Source: Eukaryota sp. GEM-RC1 (taxonomy: Eukaryota). Taken from it: a stretch of 64,000 nucleotides of DNA. Location of the stretch: the NCBI GenBank assembly GCA_040285855.1, contig JAUFOQ010000001.1, positions 3,162,001 through 3,226,000 on the forward strand, written 5' to 3'. Position 1 is the stretch's first letter, and every line of letters begins with the position of its first letter. Below the pieces are notes generated by a model. The model did no database searches. It worked only from the letters and a program-made list of their open reading frames with translations, and was not told where the DNA came from. Positions 26,665 to 39,530 of the stretch are shown piece after piece. A program made the translations under genes and the position numbers.

Positions 26665-29600
26665 ATGGTAGGCTTACACAAACTCAGTTCTTATTCAAGC
26701 TGTACCTTTCAGACTCTTCTGACTCCGATGATGACGCTGTAAGTTTAGCATCATATTCTTCAACCAATCTGGCAGATTTGAAACACCACCAGTTTTTCCA
26801 GGAGTTACCTCCCATTTCAGTGATCACTTTCTCATTGTCTGATTCTTACACAACAATATCTCAATACACCGCTGTACTCAAGCAAAGCATCTCTTCGGAT
26901 TCTCCTTTCATTGCTGTCAAACACTCTTCAAAGTTACCTGCACTTCTCATCAGTACTCCTGACGTAGTTCTTGTCATCTACATTGATGCTCCTCTACATG
27001 CTGAACTTAAGGATCTCCTTCTCTCTCCTCACATAACCAAGGTACATTCCTCGCCTCCAGATATCAAAACTCTCAACAGAGTTCTTAATGTCACTATTGA
27101 TCCTTCGATTTCTGTTACAACGAATCTTAACCAGATTAGAATCATCAATCTACACCGATCTGGATCAAAACTTAATCTTAAGAAACGTAAAAGGGCATGG
27201 TCCATATTTGCTGCTCTTGGCCTCACCCCGATCACTGTTTCACTTGATATAGAAAGTGGTCAGCAAGTCTACAAAGATATACTATCTGTCTTTGGTATCG
27301 CCTTTTATCATCACCTAAGTCTTGTTAAGAAATTCGATTCAGTTCCTATCCCAGTTGATCATCCTTGTTGTTTCTTGTCTTCTTCACCTTATGATCTGAT
27401 TCAGTTGAACTTAAGTGAAACCTTTGCTTTCCGTCATATTGTACCTCATATTTGTCAGAATACAAATCCCACTTGTTGGCTTACGGATATTGAACCTTTC
27501 TGTTGCGATCTCCATGCTCATCACTTTCTTATTTCGTGTGACGTGTTCCATCAACGTCCACATTTTCATTTCAACAGTTATTTATCTCCGTTTGCTCACT
27601 TTATCTACTCTTTTGTGTCTCATGACAACAACAAGTCTATCTTTGAGTCTGTTCAACACTCGTCATTTGATTACTCAGACCCAGTAAGTGTTGTTGAAAA
27701 CTGCTTAAAAGCTCTTCTTGATTGCCTAAAATCTTTGAATCAGAATTATAGAAATAAGAAACTAGAGGTTTTATCATTGTTGAGGGAACCAAATAAGCAT
27801 CGTAATTTCACCCTTCTTGTGCTACATAATCTCTTGGTTTTGAATCTCAGGATTGACTCAACAAAAGTCAATGATTTGGTTGTTACTGAGTCAATGTTCA
27901 ATGATATTGATAAACTTTTTTGTTTTCAGGATATTCTTGATGGTTTAGTAATTGACTTTGTTTCACAGTTCCTTGATTCGAAACAGAGTATCATAACTCC
28001 AGCAGTACCCGCAGCATCACCTGGTTTTTCGTCAACGACAAGTGACAACGATAAATCAATCAAACCTCTAGTCAACGCAGACCAATCAGACTGTGGTGAT
28101 TCTCCAAACGGCAATGATGACGAGATGTTTTTTGATTGTATTGATACGTCATGTGATGAAAACCATCCATCATTATCCAAATTTTTAAATTCTATACCCT
28201 CTAAAAATCCCAGAGTTTTAATTCTGGTCAAGGCTGTTGCCATGGTTGTTGATACTGTGTTTTTAGTTACAGATACTTGCAGTTTAAAGGTTGCTGTTAA
28301 ACCTGATCACGTCCTTCCTTCCTCTATCGTTGAGCTCTTCTTGGATGATGACGTCATCAAAGAAATCATTTCTACGCAATTTTCTTTGTCAGATTTTGCT
28401 TCCTTCTTTTCATTACCTATATTAGAGTCTTTTACTGATCGCACTTTATTTTTCAGGAAACGACTTCCCTTGTTTTTCAGTGATGAAAATTTTAAAAAAT
28501 GTCAAGATTCTGATGAATTAGAGCTGAATTCTTGGTTGGTCAGTGAACGAAACTCTACAAAATTTAATTTTTGGTTAAGCAATCTCAAACTCCCTAAAAG
28601 CGTAAAAAATCACCCAAATGTTTTATATAAATTAGCACGTGGATCTTTGGAATATTTAAAAAATTACTTGGACGAAAGCAAACCCAGATCCTTTTCCATT
28701 AAGTTTATTCAAGAATTACCTCCCATTAATGTACTAATTTTGTCCATGTCTGCTTCAAACTCAATATTATCTCAATACATTACAGTACTCAAACAAAGTA
28801 TCTCTACTGACTCTCCATTCATTGCTATCAGTCACTGTGGTCCGCTCCGGGCAATGTTACTTAGTAATTCGACAGTAGTCCTTGTCGTTTACCTCGATGC
28901 TCCTTTGCCTGATGAACTCAGGGATCTATTGATCTCTTCTCAAATAATCAAGATCTCTTCATCACGTCAGGATATCCACAATCTCAATTGTCAGTTTAAG
29001 ATCACGATACATCCTTATGTTGAAGATGAGTTCAAAGTCAATCAAATTAGACCGGTTTCTCTTCAATCTGGGTCACAGCAAAAGCCTAAAGATATTAACA
29101 AAGTCTGCACCTACATGACTGTCCTTGGTCTAACTCCGATTGAACCTTCTCTCGTGAAAGAAGTGTCCTCTACAGTCTATAATGCTATACTATCTGTCTT
29201 TTGTATTGCCTATGATCATGAGCTGAAGATTGCAAAGGGAATCTCTTCAGATTCATTTGATAAACAACCTTGCTCAAATAACAGCAATGATGACGAGATG
29301 TTTTTTGATTGTATTGATACGTCATGTGATGAAAACCATCCATCATTATCCAAATTTTTAAACTCTGTGTCATCTCAAAATCCCAGAGTTTTAATTCTGG
29401 TACAGTCTGTTGTCATGGTTGTTGATACTGTGTTTTTAGTGACAGATACTTGCACTTTACAGCTTGATGTTAAACCTGATCACATCCTTCCTTCCTCTAT
29501 TGTTGAGCTCTTAATGAATGATGACGTCATCAAAGAATTCGTTTCTACAGAATGTACTTTAACCGATTTTGGTTCTTTCTTCTTTGTTTCCAGGTTAGAG

Positions 29601-30985
29601 TCATTTATTGATCGTTCAGCATTTCTCCAAAAGGAATTTCCACTGTTTTTCACTAATGAAAAATTTCAAAAATGTCCAAAAAATGTAAGATCAAAGTGGA
29701 ATCGTTGGTTGAAAAAGCTGAAATTTCCCAAATGTTTAAACCACCACTCAAGTAATTCCTATAAAATAGCACGTGGATCTCTAGAATTTTTAAAAAATCA
29801 TAGCGATGACGTGAGACCCCAATCATTTTCAATTCCAGTAGCTTCAGTATCGCAAGATGTTTGTAAATTAATTCAGTGTCAATCGCTTATAGATCAAAGT
29901 CACTCAATCAGTTTTGTAGATCCCATGCTACCGGTCAATCTCAATGATGTGATATATCGTAATGATTTTTTAAAAATTGTAGTAGTGAAAAGTCAATCTT
30001 GTTATCCCCAGACAGCTGGCGTTGAAATTTGTTTTTCTTTTCACAGAAACAATGTGATTGTAACGAGGTGTATGATTTCCAAAATTTTAAATTATTAATG
30101 GATTGTTCCGTTAAAAGTACTCGAAAACTTTCTTGGATGATATTTTACATTACAAATCTAAATCAGTTATTCATTCTTGAACGACTCTCATTGAAGGACG
30201 AAACATTTAAACAGAAATATTTAAATATTGACTTTCTGCAATCTACCCCAAAAGTTTCTTTTAATTGCAAGATCCCTAAAACAGAATCAAAATTGCAAAG
30301 TACCGTCATTATTAATACTCCTTTTGAAAATGTGTTCACTCTTTTGTGTAAGTTACCCCCAAGTTATTCGTACCTTTTCCCTGATTTAACTAAATGGAAG
30401 TTCTCTACTACAGCTTGTTCTTTTTCCACTTCATCCTGTTTTGTTTCAAGTTTAAAGCAAGTTGTCCAACTGTGTGACTTGGAAGAATTGTTTGAATTTG
30501 ATAGTGGTACTGTTATTGATAACATCATTGATTGTCATGATGACGTCATATTTCCATACTTAGAGTCGTCCTTGAGGGAATTTTGTTCTCAGGATGAAGA
30601 ATATATCCAGAATCATACTCACTTTGGAGATGGATTTGAAGGTATTTTCAGATTAAATCTATCACCTGATTTATTAGTAAAAATGGCAAGTTTTCAGGAT
30701 GTATTTCAGGTATTTTGCAAAGTTAAATCTTGGAGATTTGGTGTTCCTTTTGGATGTTTACATCCACTTCTTAAGCAATTGTCCAAGTTTTTTGGTGTTC
30801 TTTTTTCTCTATTTTACAACCCACCTACGGTTCAATATGATTACCAGTGTAAATTGACTATTGATTTCACTCGTTTTCTTTTTGACAATAATTTAATGGA
30901 AGATGTCATCAACCACTTTATGAGTGGCAAAAAATCATTTGGTCAAATTTGACAGAGCAGTTTTTCAATTCATTTGTGTAACTGA
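26665..30985 (+). CDS. Pseudo-exonuclease (DEDDy-like fold repeat) protein, copy C, about 1400 aa; 32-nt intron 26668-26699
   Basis: 1106-aa and 307-aa ORFs joined by one missing T near 30038 (copy A shows the in-frame form). ALLISTPDVVLVIYIDAPLHAELKDLLLSPHITKV resembles the WRN/RNase D exonuclease core; internal duplication present. Confidence 0.7.
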
Positions 30986-32906
30986 TCCAAAAACCTGTAT
31001 TACATGATCTTTAAGTAGAACGTATACTGATTGTATTTTTAAAAACAATGACAGATGTTTATAATAGTGGTGAATTACAGAAATTGCAGGCTTTATCGAA
31101 AAGTTGAATAAAAGATTGTGTTTTATGTATCTCTAATTCATTTTCATTTAGTGGATGAACTAATATTTTAAAAAAAACTGTTTTATCTCTTAAAGGTACA
31201 TAAAATCTAAAGACGTAAACAAAAACTAGTAATTAATGATAATCAAAAAAAACTTCTCAATTGAAACTCAAACATATGATAATGGCTTAAATTCAAAAGG
31301 TTTCAATCACCTAGAAACAACTGAAAAACGTAAAATTGATTTGTATTCCAAAGATGTTGCTAAACGCAATCAAAATTGATATAATTGTTTCATTTGCTAT
31401 TTCTATTTTTGGTAGTATTGGTGAAATGGCTTCTAAGTTTTCAACAGATTTTGGATCTATGTGTAAGTCCCAGAATAAGAGATTTAACTTATCAATTTGC
31501 CATAACCGTTTAATTGTTTCTCTGTTCTGTTCGATGCATAAGCTTTTTAAATCAATTTTCACAAAGTTGTATTAAAACTGTGGTACTATTGACCAGGAAT
31601 TTTCGGTGCCGAGTGTTTCATAGCTTCAATTATAATATGTATTTTTGTACCCTCCATCAATAAACTGTTCAAAATTAAAATTGATGCTAAATCGTGATCA
31701 TCTATCCAGTAGTAGTTTGGCCTTAAAGTCTTCATCATAATTTGTAATGTCGGTCTTCGTTATTTTTGCTCATTTTATGGTCCTTTTTTAAATGTTTTAT
31801 AACATAAAAACTACATTTAGTGTGTGTTGTTGCTTGTTATTAGTACATGTATGATGACGTTCTCAATAAATCAATGCAACATCAATTTCCAAATTGGATA
31901 CCACAAATTTCAATTGTATTCATAATTCAATGGATAATAAAAGAGATTCAACATATGAGTCTTGATAAGTTTTTGAACACACATACATGTACTAGAATTC
32001 TAATACATATGTTGCATGTTGTTGATTAACCTCAACCAATGGAATGTCTTCTACAAATATGAGTAATTCTTTACTGAAGGGGTTAACATTAATTGATTTA
32101 ATCCACAAATCCATGGTTACAACTAGTTCAAACCCAGAACTTGGACAGTGAAACTTTTCAATATTATCATATATTTACTACACGGTTGAGCAGTAAAAAT
32201 GAATAATTGATATTGTTTAAATTTAGGATAAATGTCAAATATACTCATATCCCAAGTCAATAATCCACGCATACTAAAATTGAGATCAAAAATTCATGAC
32301 GCATGTACACTATAACGACTCTCATACAATAAGCTACCTTTGAATTCCAAGATCTTTCAAAATTAAACGTACACGAAGACTTTACTGAAGCAAGAACAAA
32401 GTAGTAAAAAAACCAAAACTTAAAAAAACGAAGCACTTCAGTGCCAAGAAGATGGGTGTACTTGGAAACTGTCAGCTTGTGCTCCTGGATTAAAGCTACT
32501 CTCGGTTAATGAATCTATCAAAAGGAAGGATGATCGTTTTATTGGAAACAATTCCAGGAAAGCTTTGGCCAAAATGAATGAAAGATATGACAAACCTAAG
32601 CAGAGCCACACTATGCATAAAACCGTGGGCACTAATAGAAAGCTTTTTTTCAGGCTTTTGTTTCGTTAACTTGTCCAATAGTATGTAGTGTTTGTAGGAA
32701 GCAGGAACATGCTATGAAGTCATACCAGAACATGTTAAAGATGATTCAACAGCGGTTATAAGAATTGAAGTGATGTTCAAAAAGTAGAGTTTTATGTGGA
32801 AATTGACTGAGTACAGATTGAGTATGGTTTGTAATTTTAATTTAATTTTGAGTATGTTTGAAATATTGATGTGTGAAATGAATATAAATGAATGTTACCC
32901 TTAAAT

Positions 32907-34328
32907 TTATTGAAGTTTGTGGAATGAAAACAATGAATCATTTTCAGAATTGTTTGCGTTATTAAACATTTCAGTCAGATACATTTCAGCAGCTTCTTGC
33001 AGTGCTTCCACTGCATCTCGCGTGATGTTTAAATCATCACCATCTACATTTTGATGCAAAATTTCTTTAACTAAATTTAAAAATTCTTTCCGTGGAAAGT
33101 ACAGGTCAGTTCGTTTTTGAGCGTTCCTGATTTCACTCATACAGTGAGTTTGTGGATCATTACGTCGTAACATTTTAAGGAACGGATTTGCTCAATGAAA
33201 GAACGAAAATCCTCCAACAATCTGGTAACTTTTTCAAAACCATCACGAGGTTCTGGTTCTTGATCACTGTATTGATAACTTTCACACGACTCATTCATAT
33301 CTTCAACCTCATCATCAGAGGTTTCTACAGGGATGAAGCAGACATCATAATCATAATCACTATCAGAATCTACCTCCATTTCAACTTCACTTGAGTCAGG
33401 GTCACTCACAATGAAACCGAATTCTTCAGCTGGAGATTCGCCAACATCATCACCAACTTCTTTACATAACAACGTCAAATCAACTGTAAAGGATTTGAAC
33501 TCATCAATAGTTCTCGGCAAATCACTATACGTACCAACACAATAATCTACTTCTTCGTTGAAATATTGATAAAGATATTCGATCTCGTGATCTTCCTTGT
33601 GAAAGTAGGAGATGAATCTTTGAAAATTCTCCATCAATTCAGTTTGATGCAAATAGTGTAAGAATTTTTCAATTAAATCAACACTTTGGAAGAAAAATGC
33701 TTTGTTCAATTCGAACTGCAGACATGGCTTACCCTCTGCATCTTCCGAAGGCACATGACGGAGGACTGTGGTTTCCTCCAAGTTAAGATCACCGGTATCG
33801 AACGAAAGATCCTCGAGTTCTCTCAAAAAGGAATCAAAGAAGGAAAGGAACGCGGTGACGTGATCCTCCAGTTCTCTCCATCCAGGGAGTTTGTGGTTCA
33901 GGAAAGATTCAGGATCAGAGACGAATACAGATAAAATATCTAGAAGATTCCGATTCTTGACAGGGACAGGTAAGCAAGGACCCCGACAGAACGGGCAAGT
34001 GGGAGAAGGATCAGCAGAAAAGCATTGAAGACACATTGTATGTCCTTCGGAACATACAATGACTGGTACTCTCCCCCTCAGAGTCAAAGAGGAGAGTACA
34101 GATTCCACAAAAGATATTTGGATACAGCGTTTGTATCAAAGTCGGTGCTAGATGGTTCGAATACACGTTCCCTTCATCGTCATTCATTTGCTGATTGTTC
34201 TGGTAGAGTTGGGAAATGGAATCAGATAGGACTGGGAATGTTACTTGGGGTTGATTAGTCGAAGTTGTCCCTGAGGGACAAGAAGCCCTAGGAGCGGCAG
34301 GTCGACTGGTTTGTTTAATTCTTGCCAT
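32907..34328 (-). CDS. H3-tail / RING / acidic / histone H3-fold chimera, copy 1 (two 1-nt frameshifts; fold appears to lack alpha3)
   Basis: MARIKQTSR start; C3HC4 RING; RRNDPQTHCMSEIRNAQKRTDLYFPRKEFLNLVKEI...DLNITRDAVEALQEAAEMYLTEMF aligns by eye to H3 alphaN-alpha2. Confidence 0.75.
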
Positions 34329-34439
34329 TGTGAACAGAAGTGTTTGAAAAGAAGCTTCATGATCTAGTTTTTCATGACTTCATTTTTGCTATTATTCAGT
34401 ATTTGATTGGAAACAACCCTACAGTGTACATACTAGTAC

Positions 34440-35400
34440 ATCTAATAATCAATATCAAGTAACTTGATTGATTAGAAACACACCGAATTTTTTTTTGGCA
34501 AAGTGTGATTTTTTCCGTGGCCATGCCAAGTCCAACATTGTAATCCATTCTTTCAAAAATATTTGTTAGTTTCTGTTGTAACTTTTTCAGATAAAACTGA
34601 AGATTAGTCATTAGTCAAACATCTTGCAGTGATTTCAGACACAGATTCTGGAAAAAATTGAGATCAAACGGCAAAAGGTAGTTTAATCAACGCTTTGAGT
34701 CAAAGAAATATTTACATAAATTGGGGTTAATAAGTGAAATATTATGAGAAAGCAGATTTGCAAAGAATCTACGATTTGGTAAAACCAACACCACTAAAAT
34801 GAACAAAAGTACACAAGTGACTTCTAAGTAACGTTGAATCAACTTCTAACAATGATGCAAAGAAATTAATCCTCAACTCATTAAAAGATCTACAAAAACT
34901 AAGAGCAATAAAGGAAGCTGCAGAGCTCAAAAGATGTGTAATTTTTCCGGAGTATCAAATTTTCAAAAGAAAAAGCTTAATATGTTGTTCAATAATGCCA
35001 TACGTAGCAATTGTGTTGAGTTCTAAACCAATTTTTGCCAAACAATTAGATACACTTTTGAAAGATTTCCAAGTCAACATCCTAGAAAACGGAAAGCGTC
35101 TTCCACATAATAAATAAGTGGAATTTGAACCCGGTTAATACATAATTCTTGTGCAGATTTACCATTTAATGAACTATTGTCTGGGTTCAGTGATAAACTT
35201 ACAGTAATGTTTCATCAATAATAGCAGCTTCGACAGGGACCATTTTTGACAATTCAAGGGGATCAATAATAGAAGTATCATTCATAAATCCAACTATCTT
35301 AAGGTCTGGATAATTTTCAAAAATACACAAAAGCCAATCATGAATAGCCAAGCAAATCACAAGAGGACCAAGAGGTTTTCCTTTTTTCATTACTTCAAGA
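34440..35400 (-). mobile_element. Decayed non-LTR retrotransposon (CRE/SLACS-like RT) fragment
   Basis: KKGKPLGPLVICLAIH...KIVGFMNDTSII is a degenerate QQGDPLGPLLFCLA...AYxDD; many stops. Confidence 0.6.
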
Positions 35401-35654
35401 TATCAAATTTGGCTAATATAGACAATGAATTCAAGCTGTTATTCATCATCAATTTTAGAATATCTGTAATTCACAGTGAGATTACTTGAAACTGTGAGAC
35501 CAATTATAAAGATACTTCATTATATCAGTAGTAGTAAATGTAGTGAAATGCACAAAAGTTGTTGAGCCACGATACCAATTGGACAGTAAACGATTCAAAT
35601 ACCTCTGTTTGATGAAACACCAATACTCTAATGCATGGTTAGATAAGTGTCTAT

Positions 35655-36760
35655 CTAGGTTTCATAATCATAATCATCAGAAGAAATACCTTCCATTTCG
35701 ACCTCACGTGATTCAGGTTCACTTAGAATGAATTGGAATTCGTCATCTTCGGATTCACCAACTTGATCATCATCAACTTTCTCTATAAATACCAGAAATC
35801 TTAAATCAATCAAAAACGTCTTAAATTGTTCAATCGATCTACGCAAATCACTTAAGGAACCAACACAATAATCAACTTCTTCTTTGAAATAATCAAAAAC
35901 GTATTCGATCTCGTGATCTTCCTTGTGAAAGTAAGAGATGAATCGATGACAATTCTCCATCAATTCAGTTTGACGCAAATCGTGTAAGAATCTTTCAATT
36001 AAATCAACACTTTGGGTTAGAAAACCCTTGTTCAATTCACAATTCAATGTTGATAGAATATAGAACATTGTAAATAAAATAAGTGTACTCCTCAGTTCTT
36101 GAGATCTTTGTTAACTAATGAAGGTCAAAGAAACTTCCTTGATTCTCGAAATAAATAGATTCAACTTGAAACTGATCACAACAATTTAAAATCCATTTTG
36201 AGGTACTTAGGTTTGAATTGAGAAGCATTGAAAATGTTGGACAATTTGAAATTGTACTATCACTGCTGACAAATGAAAACACATATTTGACAAGAGTGCT
36301 TAAGACGAACTCAAAAGGTGAACTAATACTAATACATCTCAACGCTGTCAAAAACAATGAATCATAAACAAAGGAAAGTCAAAGAACCTTCCTGAGCAGT
36401 AAACACTAACATCATTCATTAAAAGAGCAGAAGTAGATATCTCACAGAAAAAATCCACGACAATCTTTTCTTCTTCTGGAAGAATTATCGCCAAAACAGT
36501 GCGGAATTCTTACTGGTTCCATAAACACACCTTTTCTACCATTCCCAGACCGAATTGTCCCATTATCACTTACATTATCACTGGAGAAAGTGATGGATTT
36601 CCCTCCGGTACTACTGATGTGATTGATCATAGGAGTAAGTCCTCCAAAGTGCAGAAAAGCACTGAAGGCACATTGTATGTCCTTCCGAACATACAATGAG
36701 TGGTACTCTTCCCTCAGAGTTGAAGAGGAGAGTACATATCTCACAGAAAAGCTGCTTGTG
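35655..36760 (-). pseudogene. RING/H3-chimera copy 2 remnant, interrupted by about 600 bp of unrelated sequence
   Basis: 36650-36750 matches the RING start; 35655-36040 matches the middle domain (FHKEDHEIEYVFDYFKEEVDY); no histone fold follows. Confidence 0.75.
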
Positions 36761-37164
36761 GACACAAGCAGGAAAGTTCATTGAAAGAAGTGAATTTGCA
36801 ATGTTCTAAAAGTTCGTCTATGTTTGCATACAAATTTGATAAGTACAGTCTTCTTATTAAGGTCTGCCAAAATGCTTGTACCAATGGGAGGATAGACTGT
36901 ACGTACGTCACTTAGTTTTTTGTTCTAAAGTCTGATGATTTAATACACAAATACACGGTCAAACAAGTTCGAACCTAGAACTTGAATAGTTCCACATTTG
37001 AATATTAGCAAATAGTTACTACACGATTGAACAGGTAATAAGGTATAATTGGTATCGTGTAAATAAATTGAAGTTTGCGCCATAAAAACAGCGAGTATAT
37101 ATAGACACCAAATACCTACCTTCTGGTCTTCTCGTTAAAAAGGAATCGGACAATCTTGAAAATA

Positions 37165-38559
37165 CTAGTGATTATGATGTAATCGACTAAGACGTAAAGC
37201 TTCTTGAAATCGTAGTACAGTTAGGCAATCCGATCCAGAACCTACTTCTAAATTATTGGCATGGTGAAACACTTCAGTTAAATGAATCTCAGCAGCCTCT
37301 TGCAGTGCCTCAACTCCATCTAGTGTGATGTTAAGATCATCACCATTTTGATTCAAAATTTCTCCAACTAGATTTGCGAATTCATTCTGTGGAGCAAACA
37401 TGTCAGCTCCTCTCATTTCCTCGCGAATTTCACTCAGACAAAGAGTTTCGGGATTTGTAAATAGTAACATCTTAATAAGTGAACGAATTTGTTCAATTAA
37501 ATAACGAAAATCCTCCAACAATGTGGTAACTTTTCCAAAACCATCACGAGGTTCTGGTTCTTGAGCACTGTGCTGACCACACGACTCATTCATATCTTCA
37601 ACCTCATCATCAGAGGTTTCTACAGGGATGAAACAGACATCATAATCATAATCACTAGAAGAAACTCCTTCCATATCGACCTCACTTGATACCAATTCAC
37701 TGACAATGAAATCGAATTGGTCATCTGAAGAGTCACCAACTTGGTCATCAACTACTTCTTTAGATACCAGATCCGAACCGATTGAAAATATCTTAAATCG
37801 TTCAATTGATCTACGCAAATCACTAAAAGAACCAACATAATACTCAACTTCTTCTTTGAAATAATCAAAAACGTATTCATTCCCATGATCTTCCTTGTGC
37901 ATGTATGATAAGAATTTATGAAAATTGTTCATCAATTCAGTTTGATGCAAATCGTGTAAGAATTTTTCAATTAAATCAAGACTTTGGGTTAGAAAGACCT
38001 TGTTCAATTCAAACTGTGATAAGGGCTTACCATCTGCGTCTTCCGATGGCACGTGACAGAGGACTACGGCTTCCTCCAAGTTAAGTTCTCCAGTATCGAA
38101 ACCCAGACCTTCTAGTTCCGTTAAGAAGGAATCAAAGAAAGAAATGAATGATGAGACGTCATCCTGAAGTTCACGCCATCCAGGTAGCTTTTGGATTAAA
38201 AAGGACTCAGGATCAGAGACGAAAACGGCTGTAATATCTAGAAGATTCCGGTTCTTCACAGGGACAGGTAAACGAGGTTCCCGACAGAATGGACAAGTGG
38301 GAGAAGGATCAGCAGAAAAGCATTGAAGACACATTGTATGTCCTTCGGGACAAACAATGAGTGGTACTCTTCCCTCAGAGTTAAAGAGGAGAGTACATAT
38401 CTCGCAGAATATTTTTGGGAACAGAGTTTTCTGGTAAAGTTCGGAAACGATTCCATCGGTATTAGATAAAACTGGGAACGTTATCATAGACGAAGTTGTC
38501 CCTGTGGGACGAGAAGCCCTAGGAGCGGCAGGTCGACTGGTTTGCTTAATTCTTGCCAT
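37165..38559 (-). CDS. H3-tail / C3HC4 RING / acidic linker / histone H3-fold fusion protein, copy 3 (intact, 464 aa)
   Basis: Uninterrupted ORF: MARIKQTSRPAAPR; CEIC-x14-CPEGHTMCLQC-x8-CPFC; D/E-rich linker; PETLCLSEIREEMRGADMFAPQNEFANLVGEILNQNGDDLNITLDGVEALQEAAEIHLTEVFHHAN...LTVLRFQEALRLSR. Confidence 0.85.
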   Translation of the reverse strand: MARIKQTSRPAAPRASRPTGTTSSMITFPVLSNTDGIVSELYQKTLFPKIFCEICTLLFNSEGRVPLIVCPEGHTMCLQCFSADPSPTCPFCREPRLPVPVKNRNLLDITAVFVSDPESFLIQKLPGWRELQDDVSSFISFFDSFLTELEGLGFDTGELNLEEAVVLCHVPSEDADGKPLSQFELNKVFLTQSLDLIEKFLHDLHQTELMNNFHKFLSYMHKEDHGNEYVFDYFKEEVEYYVGSFSDLRRSIERFKIFSIGSDLVSKEVVDDQVGDSSDDQFDFIVSELVSSEVDMEGVSSSDYDYDVCFIPVETSDDEVEDMNESCGQHSAQEPEPRDGFGKVTTLLEDFRYLIEQIRSLIKMLLFTNPETLCLSEIREEMRGADMFAPQNEFANLVGEILNQNGDDLNITLDGVEALQEAAEIHLTEVFHHANNLEVGSGSDCLTVLRFQEALRLSRLHHNH

Positions 38560-38939
38560 TGTGAAAAGAATTGTTTGAACAGAAGTTTCTAGTTCATGTT
38601 CTGATTTCTTTTGCTATTATTCAATATTTGATTGGAAACAACCCTACAGTGTACATACTAGTACATCTAATAATCGATATCCTCAAAGATCAAATAGACA
38701 GTTGTATTTTGAAATTCTCACCAACCTTATCTTCACAATGCCTTCAAGAGATAATAGAGCATTACAAACAAAAGTCATCATACCTTTAAAGATAGTAAGG
38801 ACAAATTTCAAAAATCTATGATCAAAAGTCCGACATAAGATGTTTTTCCTGTAACAATCTTCACAAAGAGTTCAAGTAATGATGCGCAGAATCAACTAAT
38901 GAGCCGTACAGCTAATATACAAATGGCTACAACAAGTAA

Positions 38940-39530
38940 TTTGAGTGGCTATTAGAAACATACCGAATGGTTTTGAAAAAGTTTGCTTTTTTTCCGTGGC
39001 CATGACAAGTCCAACATTGCAATACATTTTTTCAAAAATATTTGTCAGTTTCTGTTGTAGCTTTTCCAGATAAAACTGAAGATTATTCAAACATCTTGCA
39101 GGTATTTCAGACACATATATTCTGGGAAACATTGAGACCAAACGGCAAAAGGTAGTTTGATCAACGCTTCCTTTAAGTCAAATAAGCATTTACATAAATT
39201 GGGGTTAATAAGTGAAATATCATGAGGTAATCGATTAACAAATTCAAAAATGAAAACTTTTTTCCTCTATCTAAGAACGCAGATTTGCAAGAAATGACGA
39301 TTTGGTAAAACCAAATACCATCAAAATGAGCAGAAGTATACAAGTGACTTCTAAGCAATGTTGAATCAATTTCTAACAATGATACGATAGAATTGATCCT
39401 CAACTCATTAAAAGATCTACAAAAACAAAGAGCAATTAAAGGGGGTGCAGAGCTCAAAAGATATACAATTTTTGGAGCATAAAATTTTTAAAAAGTAAAA
39501 GCTTAATGTGTTGTTCAAATTATGCCGCTT
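38940..39530 (-). mobile_element. Non-LTR retrotransposon remnant duplicated along with the RING/H3 unit
   Basis: Colinear with 34440-35000. Confidence 0.55.

Noticed and set aside
31311..32700. Short ORFs between the exonuclease-like array and the RING-H3 cluster
   Set aside because: No recognisable domain; probably decayed element sequence, cannot be supported.
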